A stretch of 64,000 bases of DNA from an uncultured Acidimicrobiia bacterium (GTDB lineage: Bacteria; Actinomycetota; Acidimicrobiia; Acidimicrobiales; AC-14), in the NCBI GenBank assembly GCA_963836205.1, contig CAWIIV010000014.1:160001-224000 (forward strand), in the 5' to 3' direction. A program made the translations under genes and the position numbers. Each line of letters starts with the position of its first letter. Position 1 is the first letter of the stretch. Of the stretch, positions 1 through 9,778 are shown piece by piece. The notes below the pieces were generated by a model. That model saw only the letters and a program-made list of their open reading frames with translations, did not search any database and was not told the DNA's origin.

Positions 1-965
1 TCGAGCGCAAGATGCGCGAGGACCGCACCGCCTACGGCGACTACCACGAGATCACGCCCGAGATGGACGAGGAGTTCGAGAAGTACCTGAAGCTGGGTGA
101 GGCCGTCCTCAGCCGCTACTTCGACTGGGCCACCACCGCCGACGACCTCGACTCGATCCTGGCCGACGAGGACATCTGGACCGCGGTCCCCGACCCCGAC
201 AACCCCGAGAACGACCTCGGATCGGTCGACCTGAAGCGGGAGATCCGCTACTTCGGGCGGGTCGACCAGGTGATGTCCACCCCCGACGACGAGTACTGGG
301 TGGTCGACCACCGGATCGTGTGGGACAACTTCACCGACGAGGACGACCTGCTCGACGACACCCGCACCCTGCTCGGCCAGCGGGCGCTGGAGATCGCCTA
401 CCCCCAGCTGCGCATCGCCGGCACCGTCTACAACGAGCTGCGCATCGGGCGCGACGAGCTCGAGGGGGCGGCCCCGTCGCCCGAGCCCGCGGGTGAGGAC
501 ATCCGCGACCACTCCAAGGGCGCCCGCCACATCAACTTCCGGCGGGTGGCGGCGGCGATCGAGAGCAAGTACACCGACGACGGCGCCGACCACGTGGTGC
601 AGCGGGAGGGCAACGACTACATCCGGCGCACGTACATCACCCGGTCCCGGGCCACGCTCGAGCCCATCAGCCGGCGCATGGCCGAGGACGCCATCCTCGT
701 CCGCGACGCCGACATCGAGATCTACCCCGACCCCTCGCCCGAGAAGTGCTCGGTCTGCCTGTTCGAGGTGCCGTGCAAGATGCTCGACGAGGGCCTCGAC
801 ATCACCGAGTACATGGCCGTCCACTTCCGGCCCCGCACCGACGAGGAGTTCGACGAGGAGGGGCTGCGCTTCTCGCCCCGGCGCCAGGCCTACCGGGCGT
901 CGCTCGGCGGCGTCCAGGAGCGGATGCAGAACGCGGCCAAGTGGCGCGGAGGCGGCGCCACCTAA
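1..965 (+). CDS. PD-(D/E)XK nuclease-like protein, RecB/AddB/Cas4-type (probably 5'-truncated by window edge)
   Basis: GRVD...YWVVDHR motif and C-terminal CSVCLFEVPC cysteine cluster; reading frame is open back to the window start. Confidence 0.6.
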   Translation, partial: ERKMREDRTAYGDYHEITPEMDEEFEKYLKLGEAVLSRYFDWATTADDLDSILADEDIWTAVPDPDNPENDLGSVDLKREIRYFGRVDQVMSTPDDEYWVVDHRIVWDNFTDEDDLLDDTRTLLGQRALEIAYPQLRIAGTVYNELRIGRDELEGAAPSPEPAGEDIRDHSKGARHINFRRVAAAIESKYTDDGADHVVQREGNDYIRRTYITRSRATLEPISRRMAEDAILVRDADIEIYPDPSPEKCSVCLFEVPCKMLDEGLDITEYMAVHFRPRTDEEFDEEGLRFSPRRQAYRASLGGVQERMQNAAKWRGGGAT

Positions 966-980
966 CCGGGGACCGGAGCG

Positions 981-3348
981 TCAGCCGCGGATGCGGCCCC
1001 CGCACTGGGCCGCGACTGCGTCGATGCACGTCCGGCGCAGGGCCGCCAGTTCATCTTCGGTGAGGGTGTGGTCGAGGGCGGAAAAGCGCAGGTGGAAGGC
1101 CAGGCTGCGGGTGCCGGGGTCGACGCCGGGCCCCCGGTAGACGTCGAACAGCTCGACGGTCTCGAGGAGGTCGCCGGCCGCGGTGCGCAGGGTGCGCTCG
1201 ACGTCGCCCGCGGGGACACCTTCGTCGACCACCAAGGCGAGGTCGATGTCGGCCGACGGGAAGCGGCTGATGGGTCGGTAGGTCGACGGGCGGCGAGCGG
1301 TTTGGTCCAGGAGCAGGCCCAGGTCGACCTCGATCCATCCCACCGGGCCGTCGAGCTGGTGGGCGGCCAGCACGCCGGGATCGACCTCGCCCACCGCGCC
1401 GAGGACGAGGCCGTCGCCCGCGACCAGCCCCGCGGTGCGGGTGGGGTGGAGGCCGGCGCGGGTGGTGACCTGCAAACGCACGTCGTCGAGGCGGAGGCCC
1501 GCGGCCAGGCCCCGCCAGGTGCGGACCGCCTCGGCCGCGTCGCGCCCGGCCAGCATCACCGCCAGGTGCTCGGGCTCGGGGGGCAGCCGTTCGCCGTCTT
1601 CCGGGGGCAGGAAAACATGGCCGATCTCGAAGAGGGCGACGTCGGGCCGGCGATGATTGGCGTTGGTGACGAGCGCCTTGAGCAGGCCGGGTAGGAGCGA
1701 CGGGCGCAGGATGGACTCCTCCGCCGCCAGCGGGTTCTCCACCTCGACGAAGGCGGGGGGCAGGCCCGCCCGGGCCAGGTCGTCGGGGGCGAGGAACGAG
1801 GTGGCCCACGCCTCCGACAGCCCGGCGCCGACGAGGATGTCGGCCACCGTGCGCCGGTCGCGCTGGTACGGGTTGAGCCTCCCCACGGTGGCCACCGGCG
1901 GGCGGGTGCGGGGGATGCGGCTGTACCCGTGGTGGCGGGCCACCTCCTCGACGACGTCGATCTCCCGCTCGCTGTCGGGCCGCCACGACGGGATGGTGAC
2001 GGCGAACGTGCCGTTGGCGCTCGGCCCCGTCCTGAAGCCGATCGGCTCCAGGTACTCGCGGACCTGGTCGGACGACAGGTCGGTGCCGAGGATGGCATTG
2101 ACCCGGGCCGTGCGGACGGGAACGGTGACGGGAGCGGGCAGGTGCTCGGCATCGGTGACGTCGACGATGCCGCCGACGACCTCGCCTCCCGCGATGGTGG
2201 TGAGGAGCTGGGCGAAACGAGCCGCGGCCCGGGCGGCACCCTCGGGGTCGACGCCCCGCTCGAATCGCACCGACGCCTCCGAGCGCAGGCCCAGGCGCTT
2301 CGACGTGCGGGCGATGGCCTCGGGCCGGAACCAGGCCGACTCCAGCAGGACGGTGGTGGTGGCGTCGGAGATCTCCGACGACGCTCCGCCCATGATCCCG
2401 CCGACGCCTACGGGCGTGCCCTCGGCGTCGCAGATGAGGCAGTCGTCGGGACCGACGTGGCGGACGACCTCGTCGAGCGTGACGATCGTCTCCCCCGGCC
2501 GACCCCGCCGGACGAGGAGTCCTCCACCCGGGAGGCGGTCGAGGTCGTAGGCGTGGTTGGGCTGGCCCAACTCGAGCATCACGTAGTTGGACACGTCGAC
2601 CACGTTGCTGATCGGGCGCATCCCGGCCAGAACGAGACACCCCGCCAGCCACCTCGGCGACGGGCCGACGGTGATCCCCCGGATCACGGTGCCGGTGAAG
2701 CGGGCCGAGAGATCGGCGGCCTCGACCACGACGGTGGCCGGGGACGGGCCGTCGCCCAGGGCCGGTGGGTCGGGGATGGCGAAGGGCAGGCGGTAGTGGG
2801 CGGCCAGGTCTCGGGCCACGCCCGCCACCGACATCGCGTCGGGGCGGTTGGGGGTGATGTCGAGGTCGAAGACGACGTCGGGCCGGATGCCGAGGGCGTC
2901 GGCGAGGGCCATGCCGGGGGCGGCGCCGTCGGCCTCCACGATCATGATCCCGGAGTGATCGTCGGCCAGGCCGAGCTCGGAGGGGGAGCACAACATCCCC
3001 TCCGACCACTGCCCCCGCACCTTGCGGCGGGCGATCTCCATGCCGTTCGGGAGGCGGGCGCCGATGGTGGCCAGCGGCACGAGGTCGCCGGGCCCGAAGT
3101 TGAACGCCCCGCACACGATCTGCCGCGTCGCCCCGTCGCCGGCGTCGACCTCCACCAGCTGCACCTTGTCGGCGTCGGGGTGCGACCGAGGTGGCCATCA
3201 CCCGAGCCACGATCACCCCGTCGAGCCCCTCCCCCACCCGCTCCACGCCCTCGACGACCAGCCCCAACTCCGACAACGACGACGCCAGGTCGTCCACATC
3301 GTCGCCAAACGGCGCGAAGTCACGCAGCCAGGAGAGGGGAACCTTCAC
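981..3348 (-). CDS. pheT: Phenylalanine--tRNA ligase beta subunit (one apparent frameshift near 3188)
   Basis: VKVPLSWLRDF N-terminus in one frame (GTG 3348) joins HPDADKVQLVEV...DITPNRPD...SLAFHLRF in another; downstream of pheS. Confidence 0.95.
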
Positions 3349-3451
3349 GCCCGCGCCCCTCCCGCGATTCGGATCACTCCAAGCGGGGTGATCGGAGCCG
3401 AAACCGCCGGATCCACCCCGCTCCGGGAGCACGAAACGATCGCCGCCGCCA

Positions 3452-4477
3452 TCAGAACTGTTCCAGGAAGCGGATGTCGTTCGAGATGAAGTGGCGGATG
3501 TCGTCGACGTCGTGGCGGAGCATGGCGCAGCGGTCGATCCCGAAGCCGAAGGCGAAGCCCTGCCACTCCTCGGGGTCGATACCGACGGCCTCGAACACGT
3601 TGGGGTCGACCATCCCGCAGCCGCCCAGCTCGATCCAGCCCGACTGCGAGCACACCCGGCACCCCTTGCCCTCGCAGAAGATGCACGTCACCTCGAACTC
3701 GGCCGAGGGCTCGGTGAACGGGAAGTACGACGGCCGCAGCCGGGACGTGATGTTGGGCCCGAAGTAGGCGGTGGTGAAGGCCTCGATGGTGCCGGCCATG
3801 TCGCCGAACGTGATCCCCCGGTCGACCACCAACCCCTCGATCTGGTGGAAGACGGGCAGGTGGCGGGCGTCGGGCGTGTCGCGGCGGTAGGTGCGGCCGG
3901 GGGCGACGATGTAGATCGGCGGCGGCTGCGACGTCATCACCCGGATCTGTACCGGCGACGTGTGGGTGCGTAGCAGGGTCGACTCGGGCTGGCCCAGCTT
4001 CACGTAGAGGGTGTCCCACATCCCCCGGGCGGGGTGGGCGGGGGGCATGTTGAGGGCCTCGAAGTTGTGCCAGTCGGTCTCCACCTCGGGGCCTTCGGCC
4101 ACCGAGTAGCCCATGCCGACGAAGACGTCCTCCAGCTGGCGGCGGGTCTGGTTGACCAGGTGGAGGTGGCCCCGGGGCGTCGCGCCCACCACCTCGGTGA
4201 GGTCGAGCCGGTCGGCGTGCAGACGCCGGTGCCGGTCGGCCGCCTCCAGCACCGCCCGCCGCTCGTCGATCGCGGCCGTCAGTGCCTGGCGGACGGCGTT
4301 GATGGCCCGGCCCGCGTCCTTGCGCTCCTCGGCCGGCATCGCCCCCAACTGCTGGTTGAGCCCGGAGAGGGCCGAGCGCTTGCCCAGCACCTCGGTGTCG
4401 ACGACCCGCAGCTCATCGAGCGTGCCCGCGCCCGCGATCCGGGCCAGACCCTTCTCCTCGACTTCCTCCGGCGTCAC
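3452..4477 (-). CDS. pheS: Phenylalanine--tRNA ligase alpha subunit
   Basis: HPARGMWDT, LRTHTSPVQIR, YFPFTEPS and GFAFGFGIDR motifs; GTG start overlaps the upstream stop (GTGA). Confidence 0.97.
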   Translation of the reverse strand: MTPEEVEEKGLARIAGAGTLDELRVVDTEVLGKRSALSGLNQQLGAMPAEERKDAGRAINAVRQALTAAIDERRAVLEAADRHRRLHADRLDLTEVVGATPRGHLHLVNQTRRQLEDVFVGMGYSVAEGPEVETDWHNFEALNMPPAHPARGMWDTLYVKLGQPESTLLRTHTSPVQIRVMTSQPPPIYIVAPGRTYRRDTPDARHLPVFHQIEGLVVDRGITFGDMAGTIEAFTTAYFGPNITSRLRPSYFPFTEPSAEFEVTCIFCEGKGCRVCSQSGWIELGGCGMVDPNVFEAVGIDPEEWQGFAFGFGIDRCAMLRHDVDDIRHFISNDIRFLEQF

Positions 4478-5547
4478 AGGAGCTCCTCGGGGACGGCCGT
4501 CGGGAGCGTGAAGCGGAACGTCGAGCCGACGCCCACCACCGACTCCACCACCAGCCGGCCGCCGTGGGCCTCGACCAGGCCTCGACTGATCCACAGGCCC
4601 AGGCCCGAGCCGGAGGGCCGGGTCTCGGCCCGCCGGTAGAACTTGGTGAACACGCGGGGCAGGTCGGACTCGGGGATGCCCTCGCCCTGGTCGACGACGG
4701 CCACCGTGACCTCGCCGTCGACGATCCGGCCCAGCACCCGCACGCCCTTGGGGTCGGCGTACTTGGCCGCGTTCTCCACCAGGTTGGTCAGCACCTGCTC
4801 GATCTTGTCGGGATCGGCGTAGACCTGCGGGAAATTTTCGTCGAAGTCGACCTCGGCACTCACCTCGGCCTCGATCATCCGTACCTTGTCGACCACCACC
4901 ACCACCAGCTTGGCCAGGTCGACCATCTGCCGGCGCAGCACAAGGCGGCCGCTCTCCAGCCGGCTGATGTCGAGCAGCTCGGTTACCAGGCGGGTGACGC
5001 GGTCGGCGTCGTGGTGCACCTGCTCCAGCATCATCAGCTTCTGCTCGTCGGCCAGCCGGTCCCAGCGGTTGAGGAGCAGGCTGGTGTAGCCCTTCACCGA
5101 CGTGAGGGGCGAGCGCAGCTCGTGGCTGACGGTGGAGATGACCTCGATGCCCTGGGCCGCCGCCTGCCGGCGGCGGGTGCCGTCGCGGAGCACCATCACT
5201 GCGCCCCGCACCCGACCGTCGGGCCCCCGCTCGTAGCGTCCGGTGAGCATCACCCGCACCTCGGTGCCGTCGGCCGCCCGCAGCCGCACCTCGTGTTCGG
5301 GGATGCGGGCCACCGACACCAACCGGGTCGACCGGTGCCACCCCTCGGCCAGCAGCCATTCCCCGTCGGCCCCCCGGGGGGCCAGGACCCCGTTGACGTC
5401 GCGGCCCACGATCTCGTCCGCCGGGTAGCCGAGGAGGGCGACGAACGCGGTGTTGACCGCCCGCACCCGGCGGTCGGCGTCGCACTCCAGCACGGCGTCG
5501 GGCAACCGGTCGAGCTCGTCCCGTCCGGACGGCACGGGAACGCTCAT
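4474..5547 (-). CDS. PAS-domain sensor histidine kinase (cytoplasmic)
   Basis: N-terminal PAS-like region, H-box SHELRSPLT, N-box NLVENAAKY, DQGEGI and GSGLGL boxes. Confidence 0.9.
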   Translation of the reverse strand: MSVPVPSGRDELDRLPDAVLECDADRRVRAVNTAFVALLGYPADEIVGRDVNGVLAPRGADGEWLLAEGWHRSTRLVSVARIPEHEVRLRAADGTEVRVMLTGRYERGPDGRVRGAVMVLRDGTRRRQAAAQGIEVISTVSHELRSPLTSVKGYTSLLLNRWDRLADEQKLMMLEQVHHDADRVTRLVTELLDISRLESGRLVLRRQMVDLAKLVVVVVDKVRMIEAEVSAEVDFDENFPQVYADPDKIEQVLTNLVENAAKYADPKGVRVLGRIVDGEVTVAVVDQGEGIPESDLPRVFTKFYRRAETRPSGSGLGLWISRGLVEAHGGRLVVESVVGVGSTFRFTLPTAVPEELL

Positions 5548-6344
5548 GTGGCGCGCTGGCGGGCCGCCTCGAAGCACAGGACGGCGGCGGCCATTCCGAC
5601 GTTGAGCGAGTCCCCCCGCCCGGCCATGGGGATGGTCACCGTCTCGTCGACCAGCCGGTCGAGCGCCGCCGGCAGGCCGGCGGCCTCGTTGCCGAGGACG
5701 ATGGCGGTGGGACGGGCCAGGTCGGCCTGGTGGTACGCCTGCCCGCCTGCGGGCCGGGTGGCCATGCGGTGCAGTCCCCACTCGCCCAGCGTCGCCAGCA
5801 CCTCCTCGGGCTCCCCTCCTGCAACGACACGGACGTGGAACAGCGAACCTGCCGACGCCCGGACGGTCTTCGGGTTGTAGACGTCGACGGTGCCGTCACA
5901 GCAGATTACCCCGCCCACCCCCGCTGCCTCCGCCGTACGCAGCACCGTGCCCAGGTTGCCGGGATCGCGGACGTCGACGCACACCACCACCAGGTCGGCC
6001 CCCCGCAGGGTGTCGAGGGCGACGTCGACGTACGGGGCGACGGCCAGCACCGGCTGGGGAGTGACCGTGCCCGCCACCCGCTCCAGGACTCCCGGGCCCA
6101 GGTCGGACGCCCGGATGCCCGCGGCGAGGGCCCGTTCGACGACGGCGTTGTCGGCCCCTCCCGGGGGCAGGTAGAGCGACTCGATGGCCGCGCCCGCGGC
6201 GAGGGCGGCGTCGAGGACCTTCAGGGAGTCGACCACGAACGCCCGCTCCGCCTCGCGGGCGGTGTGGCGTTGCACCAGCTTCCGCACCCGCTGCACCCGC
6301 TTGTGCTTGAACCCCAGCCCGTTCCCCGGGAGGGGGGCGGTCAC
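5544..6344 (-). CDS. TrmH/SpoU family RNA methyltransferase
   Basis: DPGNLGTVLRTA, LGNEAAGL and SLNVGMAAAV SPOUT motifs; start approximate. Confidence 0.92.
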   Translation of the reverse strand: MTAPLPGNGLGFKHKRVQRVRKLVQRHTAREAERAFVVDSLKVLDAALAAGAAIESLYLPPGGADNAVVERALAAGIRASDLGPGVLERVAGTVTPQPVLAVAPYVDVALDTLRGADLVVVCVDVRDPGNLGTVLRTAEAAGVGGVICCDGTVDVYNPKTVRASAGSLFHVRVVAGGEPEEVLATLGEWGLHRMATRPAGGQAYHQADLARPTAIVLGNEAAGLPAALDRLVDETVTIPMAGRGDSLNVGMAAAVLCFEAARQRAT

Positions 6345-6354
6345 GGGGTCCGGC

Positions 6355-6813
6355 TCACGATGCGGCGGTGGCCTCCGCGTCGGCGCTGTCCTCGGTGTCG
6401 GTGTCACCGGTGTCCGCGGCGTCGGCCGTGGCGGCGGTCTCCCGGTCGGCGGAGGCCTTGGCGTTGCCTGCCTCGGCCGTCTTGACCAGGGCGGCGAAGG
6501 CGACGTCGTCGCGGACGGCCAGGTCGGCGAGGATCTTGCGGTCGACCTCGACCCCGGCCTCGCGGAGCCCGGAGATGAAGCGGCTGTAGCTCATCCCGTG
6601 CTGGCGGGCACCGGCGTTGATGCGTTGGATCCAGAGCTGGCGGAAGTCGCCCTTGCGGGCCCGGCGGTCGCGGAAGGCGTACTGCAGGGAGTGCATCACC
6701 TGCTCGTTGGCCGCCTTGTACGAGCGGCTCTTGTTGCCGTAGTACCCCTTGGCCGCCTCGAGGACTGCGCGGTGGTGCTTCCGACCGTGGACGGCGCGCT
6801 TGACCCTGGCCAT
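6355..6813 (-). CDS. rplT: 50S ribosomal protein L20 with acidic C-terminal extension
   Basis: MARVKRAV...AKGYYG...[10 protein letters not shown]...[10 protein letters not shown]. Confidence 0.98.
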   Translation of the reverse strand: MARVKRAVHGRKHHRAVLEAAKGYYGNKSRSYKAANEQVMHSLQYAFRDRRARKGDFRQLWIQRINAGARQHGMSYSRFISGLREAGVEVDRKILADLAVRDDVAFAALVKTAEAGNAKASADRETAATADAADTGDTDTEDSADAEATAAS

Positions 6814-6866
6814 GGGCGTTCCTACCTTTCTTTCTTCGGGGGGAGTCTGTCGGGGAGAGCTGGGGG

Positions 6867-7061
6867 CTAGAGGCCCAGGAGCCGCTTGACCTGCGCCTTG
6901 TCGCCGCCCGTGACCTCGGCCGGGCGGGCCAGGCGACGGGTGCGGACGGAGGACTTCTTCTCGAGGATGTGGGCCCGGTAGGCCTTGCGGCGCATGATCT
7001 TGCCGGTGCCGGTCACCTTGAACCGCTTGGCCGCTCCGCGGTGGGTCTTCATCTTCGGCAT
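6867..7061 (-). CDS. rpmI: 50S ribosomal protein L35
   Basis: [21 protein letters not shown]; lies between infC and rplT. Confidence 0.98.
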   Translation of the reverse strand: MPKMKTHRGAAKRFKVTGTGKIMRRKAYRAHILEKKSSVRTRRLARPAEVTGGDKAQVKRLLGL

Positions 7062-7096
7062 TGGTTCAGCTCTTCCCTCGTGTGTATGTGCGGCTG

Positions 7097-7711
7097 TCAG
7101 GTCTGGCCGTTGCCGGCCGCCGCCGTGCCCTGGTCCTGCTCGTGCGGGTGCTCGTCGTGCTCGTGGGACTTGGCCTGGCTGGCCTGGCGAGCCCGACGGT
7201 CGGGGGCCAGCACCATGATCATGTTGCGCCCGTCGAGCTTGGGTGCGGCCTCGACCTTGGCCGTCGGGAGCTGCTCGGCGATGCGGTCGAGAATGCGCTT
7301 CCCCAGCTCGGGGTGGGCGACTTCACGGCCTCGGAACATGATCGTGATCTTGACCTTGTGACCCTGGTCGATGAACTCGCCGACCTTGCGGGTCTTGGTG
7401 TCGAAGTCACCGCCGCCGATCTTGGGCCGGTACTTCATCTCCTTGATGGCTGCGTTGGTGGCCTTCCGCCGTGACTCCTTCTCGCGCTGAGCGGCCTCGT
7501 ACTTCCACTTCCCGTAATTGAGGATGCGGCAGACGGGCGGATCGGCGAGAGGTGCCACTTCCACCAGGTCGAGCTCCAAGTCACGGGCGATGGACAGCGC
7601 CTCGGGCAACGGCTTGATGCCCAACTGGTTGCCATCGGGGTCGACGAGACGAACTTCTCGCGCCCGGATCCGGTCATTGATCCTGGGGTCGCCACTCTCC
7701 GGTGCAGCTAT
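7097..7711 (-). CDS. infC: Translation initiation factor IF-3 (non-canonical ATA start)
   Basis: [23 protein letters not shown] and [12 protein letters not shown]; frame opens after a TGA at 7720-7718, with GAGGAG 9 nt before ATA at 7711. Confidence 0.95.
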   Translation of the reverse strand: MAAPESGDPRINDRIRAREVRLVDPDGNQLGIKPLPEALSIARDLELDLVEVAPLADPPVCRILNYGKWKYEAAQREKESRRKATNAAIKEMKYRPKIGGGDFDTKTRKVGEFIDQGHKVKITIMFRGREVAHPELGKRILDRIAEQLPTAKVEAAPKLDGRNMIMVLAPDRRARQASQAKSHEHDEHPHEQDQGTAAAGNGQT

Positions 7712-7910
7712 GCGGCATCACTCCTCATGCAGAACGGTTACGGACTTCAAACGCGTACAGAGGCGGACGTCGAGGAAGCGACGCCCGCCTCAGCGGTCGA
7801 TCGACCTGGACGCACCGGTGCGATCGCTCTGTACCTCGATCGGTGGTGGCCGGGTGGGGGCCGGTCGCATCTCTGCCGTAGGCCCCGCTTCCGTTCTTCA
7901 GTTGTCTGGT

Positions 7911-7917
7911 TAGGGTA
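7911..7917. promoter_or_regulatory. Overlapping divergent -10 elements (TAGGGT on +, TACCCT on -)
   Basis: TAGGGTA: the + hexamer is 6 nt before the DUF1844 ATG; the - hexamer points into the infC leader. Confidence 0.5.
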
Positions 7918-7922
7918 GCAGC

Positions 7923-8342
7923 ATGAGTTCGATCTGGACACCGTCGGGGGAGCGCCCAGTCGGTCGACCGGAGCCCGAACCGGCTCCCCGACCCCAGCCC
8001 CGAGGAGCTCCCGCCGGCCCCGACGACCTCACCGACGAGGAGATGGCGGAACAGATGCTGCTCATGCAGCAGCAGGTCCTGTCCACCCCGGCGGCGGTCG
8101 TCGTGGCCAACCACGCCATGGCCCTGTTCGAGCTGGCCGCCCTCTACCTGAGCCCCGAGCCGCCCCAGCTCGACGACGCCCAGGTGGCAATCGACGCCAT
8201 GGCCGCCGTCATCGACGCCGTCGGACCCCGCTTCGGCCCCAACGAGCGACCCCTGCGCGAGGGCCTGGCCCAGCTGCGCATGGCCTTCGTCGAGGCCAAG
8301 TCCCACGCCACGCCGCCGCCGCCGACGTCGCCGCCGACGTAG
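7923..8342 (+). CDS. DUF1844-like protein
   Basis: VVANHAMALFELAALYL...AIDAMAAVI...LAQLRMAFV; divergent from infC as is usual in Actinobacteria. Confidence 0.75.
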   Translation: MSSIWTPSGERPVGRPEPEPAPRPQPRGAPAGPDDLTDEEMAEQMLLMQQQVLSTPAAVVVANHAMALFELAALYLSPEPPQLDDAQVAIDAMAAVIDAVGPRFGPNERPLREGLAQLRMAFVEAKSHATPPPPTSPPT

Positions 8343-8357
8343 GAACCGCCCGCCGCC

Positions 8358-8406
8358 TTCGTGGGCATGAAAAGGGGCGTCTGGCGCACCTTTTCGTACC
8401 CAGGAA
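8358..8406. terminator. Long imperfect hairpin between convergent genes (possible bidirectional terminator or palindromic element)
   Basis: TGGGCATGAAAAGGGGCG pairs with CGCACCTTTTCGTACCCA. Confidence 0.6.
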
Positions 8407-8417
8407 CGACCGTGCCT

Positions 8418-9296
8418 CTAGTGCACGATCTTGGAGATCGGCAGCTCGATGATGTCGCTGGCGCCGGCGTCCTTGAGGGCGGGGATGAGGGTGTTGATCT
8501 CGGCCTTGGGGACGACGGTCTCCACCGCGTAGTCGGTGCCCCCGAAGAGCTGCGACACGGTGGGCGCCTTGAGCGAGGGCAGCATCTTGATGACCCGGTC
8601 GAGGTCGGCCTCGCCCACGTTGACCTTCACCAACACCCGGCCCCGGGCCTCGAGTGTGCCCTGGAGCAGGGTGTGGAGCTGGGCCATGGCGTGGCGCTTG
8701 GCCGGGTCGTCGTAGGCCAGCGGGTTGGCGATGAGCTCGGTGTAGCTGACCAGGATCGTCTCGATCACCTTCAGCCCCGCCGCCCGTAGCGCCCGGCCGG
8801 TCTCGGTGATCTCCACCACCGCGTCGGCGATGTCGGGCACCTTGGCCTCGGTGGCGCCGTACGACAGGCGGATGTCGGGCCGGGTGACGCCGTTCTTCTC
8901 CAGGTACTGGCGGGTGAGGCGGGGGTACTCGGTGGAAACCCGCAGGTCGGGGGGCAGGTCGCCCACCGAGTCGAAGGGGGAGTCGCCGGCCACGGCCAGC
9001 ACGATCTTGACCGGGCGGGCGGTGGCCTTGGAATAGTGGAGCTGGCCGAGGGAGACGACGTCGGCACCGGTCTCCTCGATCCAGTCCCGGCCGGTGATCC
9101 CGATGTCGAACAGGCCCTCGGCCACGTAGGTGGGAATCTCCTGGGGGCGCAGGATGCGGACGTCGACGATGCGGGGGTCGTCGATGGTGGCCCGGTAGTC
9201 GACCGACGACGACCGGTTGACCGCCAGGTCGGCCGACTCGAACAGCTCGAGGGTGGCCTTCTCCAGGGAACCTTTGGGGAGGACGAGGCGCAGCAC
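8418..9296 (-). CDS. hisG: ATP phosphoribosyltransferase, long form
   Basis: LPKGSL, DIGITGRDW, GATEAKVP, EITETGRALRAAGL, plus the C-terminal regulatory domain. Confidence 0.95.
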   Translation of the reverse strand: MLRLVLPKGSLEKATLELFESADLAVNRSSSVDYRATIDDPRIVDVRILRPQEIPTYVAEGLFDIGITGRDWIEETGADVVSLGQLHYSKATARPVKIVLAVAGDSPFDSVGDLPPDLRVSTEYPRLTRQYLEKNGVTRPDIRLSYGATEAKVPDIADAVVEITETGRALRAAGLKVIETILVSYTELIANPLAYDDPAKRHAMAQLHTLLQGTLEARGRVLVKVNVGEADLDRVIKMLPSLKAPTVSQLFGGTDYAVETVVPKAEINTLIPALKDAGASDIIELPISKIVH

Positions 9297-9301
9297 CGTG
9301 G

Positions 9302-9778
9302 TCAGCCTCCAGCCTTGGGCAGCTGGCGCAGGAGGTCGGCCATCTCCACCGCCGCCACCGCCGAGTCGTGGCCCTTGTGGCCGTGGGGGCCGCCCGCCCG
9401 GGCCATCGCCTGCTCCAGGGTGTCGGTGGTGAGCACGCCCAGGACGACGGGCACGCCGGTGTCGAGCTGCACCCGCTGGCAGCCGGCAGCGGCCTGTCCG
9501 CCGACGTGGACGTGGTGGTCGGTCTCGCCCCGGATGACCGCCCCCAGGCAGATGACCGCGTCGTGGTCGCCCGCCGACGCCAGCCGCTGGGCGACCAGAG
9601 GCAGCTCGAAGGCGCCCGGGACGTGGGCCACGGTGATCGACGCCTCGTCGACGCCGAGCTCCGCCAGCCGGGCCAGCGTCCCCTCCAGGAGCAGGCCGGT
9701 GACCAGCTCGTTGAACCGGCTCACCACCACGCCGATGCGCAGGCCCTCGCCCCGGCGGGATCCCTCGTACGTGGTCAT
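9302..9778 (-). CDS. ribH: 6,7-dimethyl-8-ribityllumazine synthase
   Basis: [18 protein letters not shown] and LGAVIRGET motifs. Confidence 0.95.
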   Translation of the reverse strand: MTTYEGSRRGEGLRIGVVVSRFNELVTGLLLEGTLARLAELGVDEASITVAHVPGAFELPLVAQRLASAGDHDAVICLGAVIRGETDHHVHVGGQAAAGCQRVQLDTGVPVVLGVLTTDTLEQAMARAGGPHGHKGHDSAVAAVEMADLLRQLPKAGG

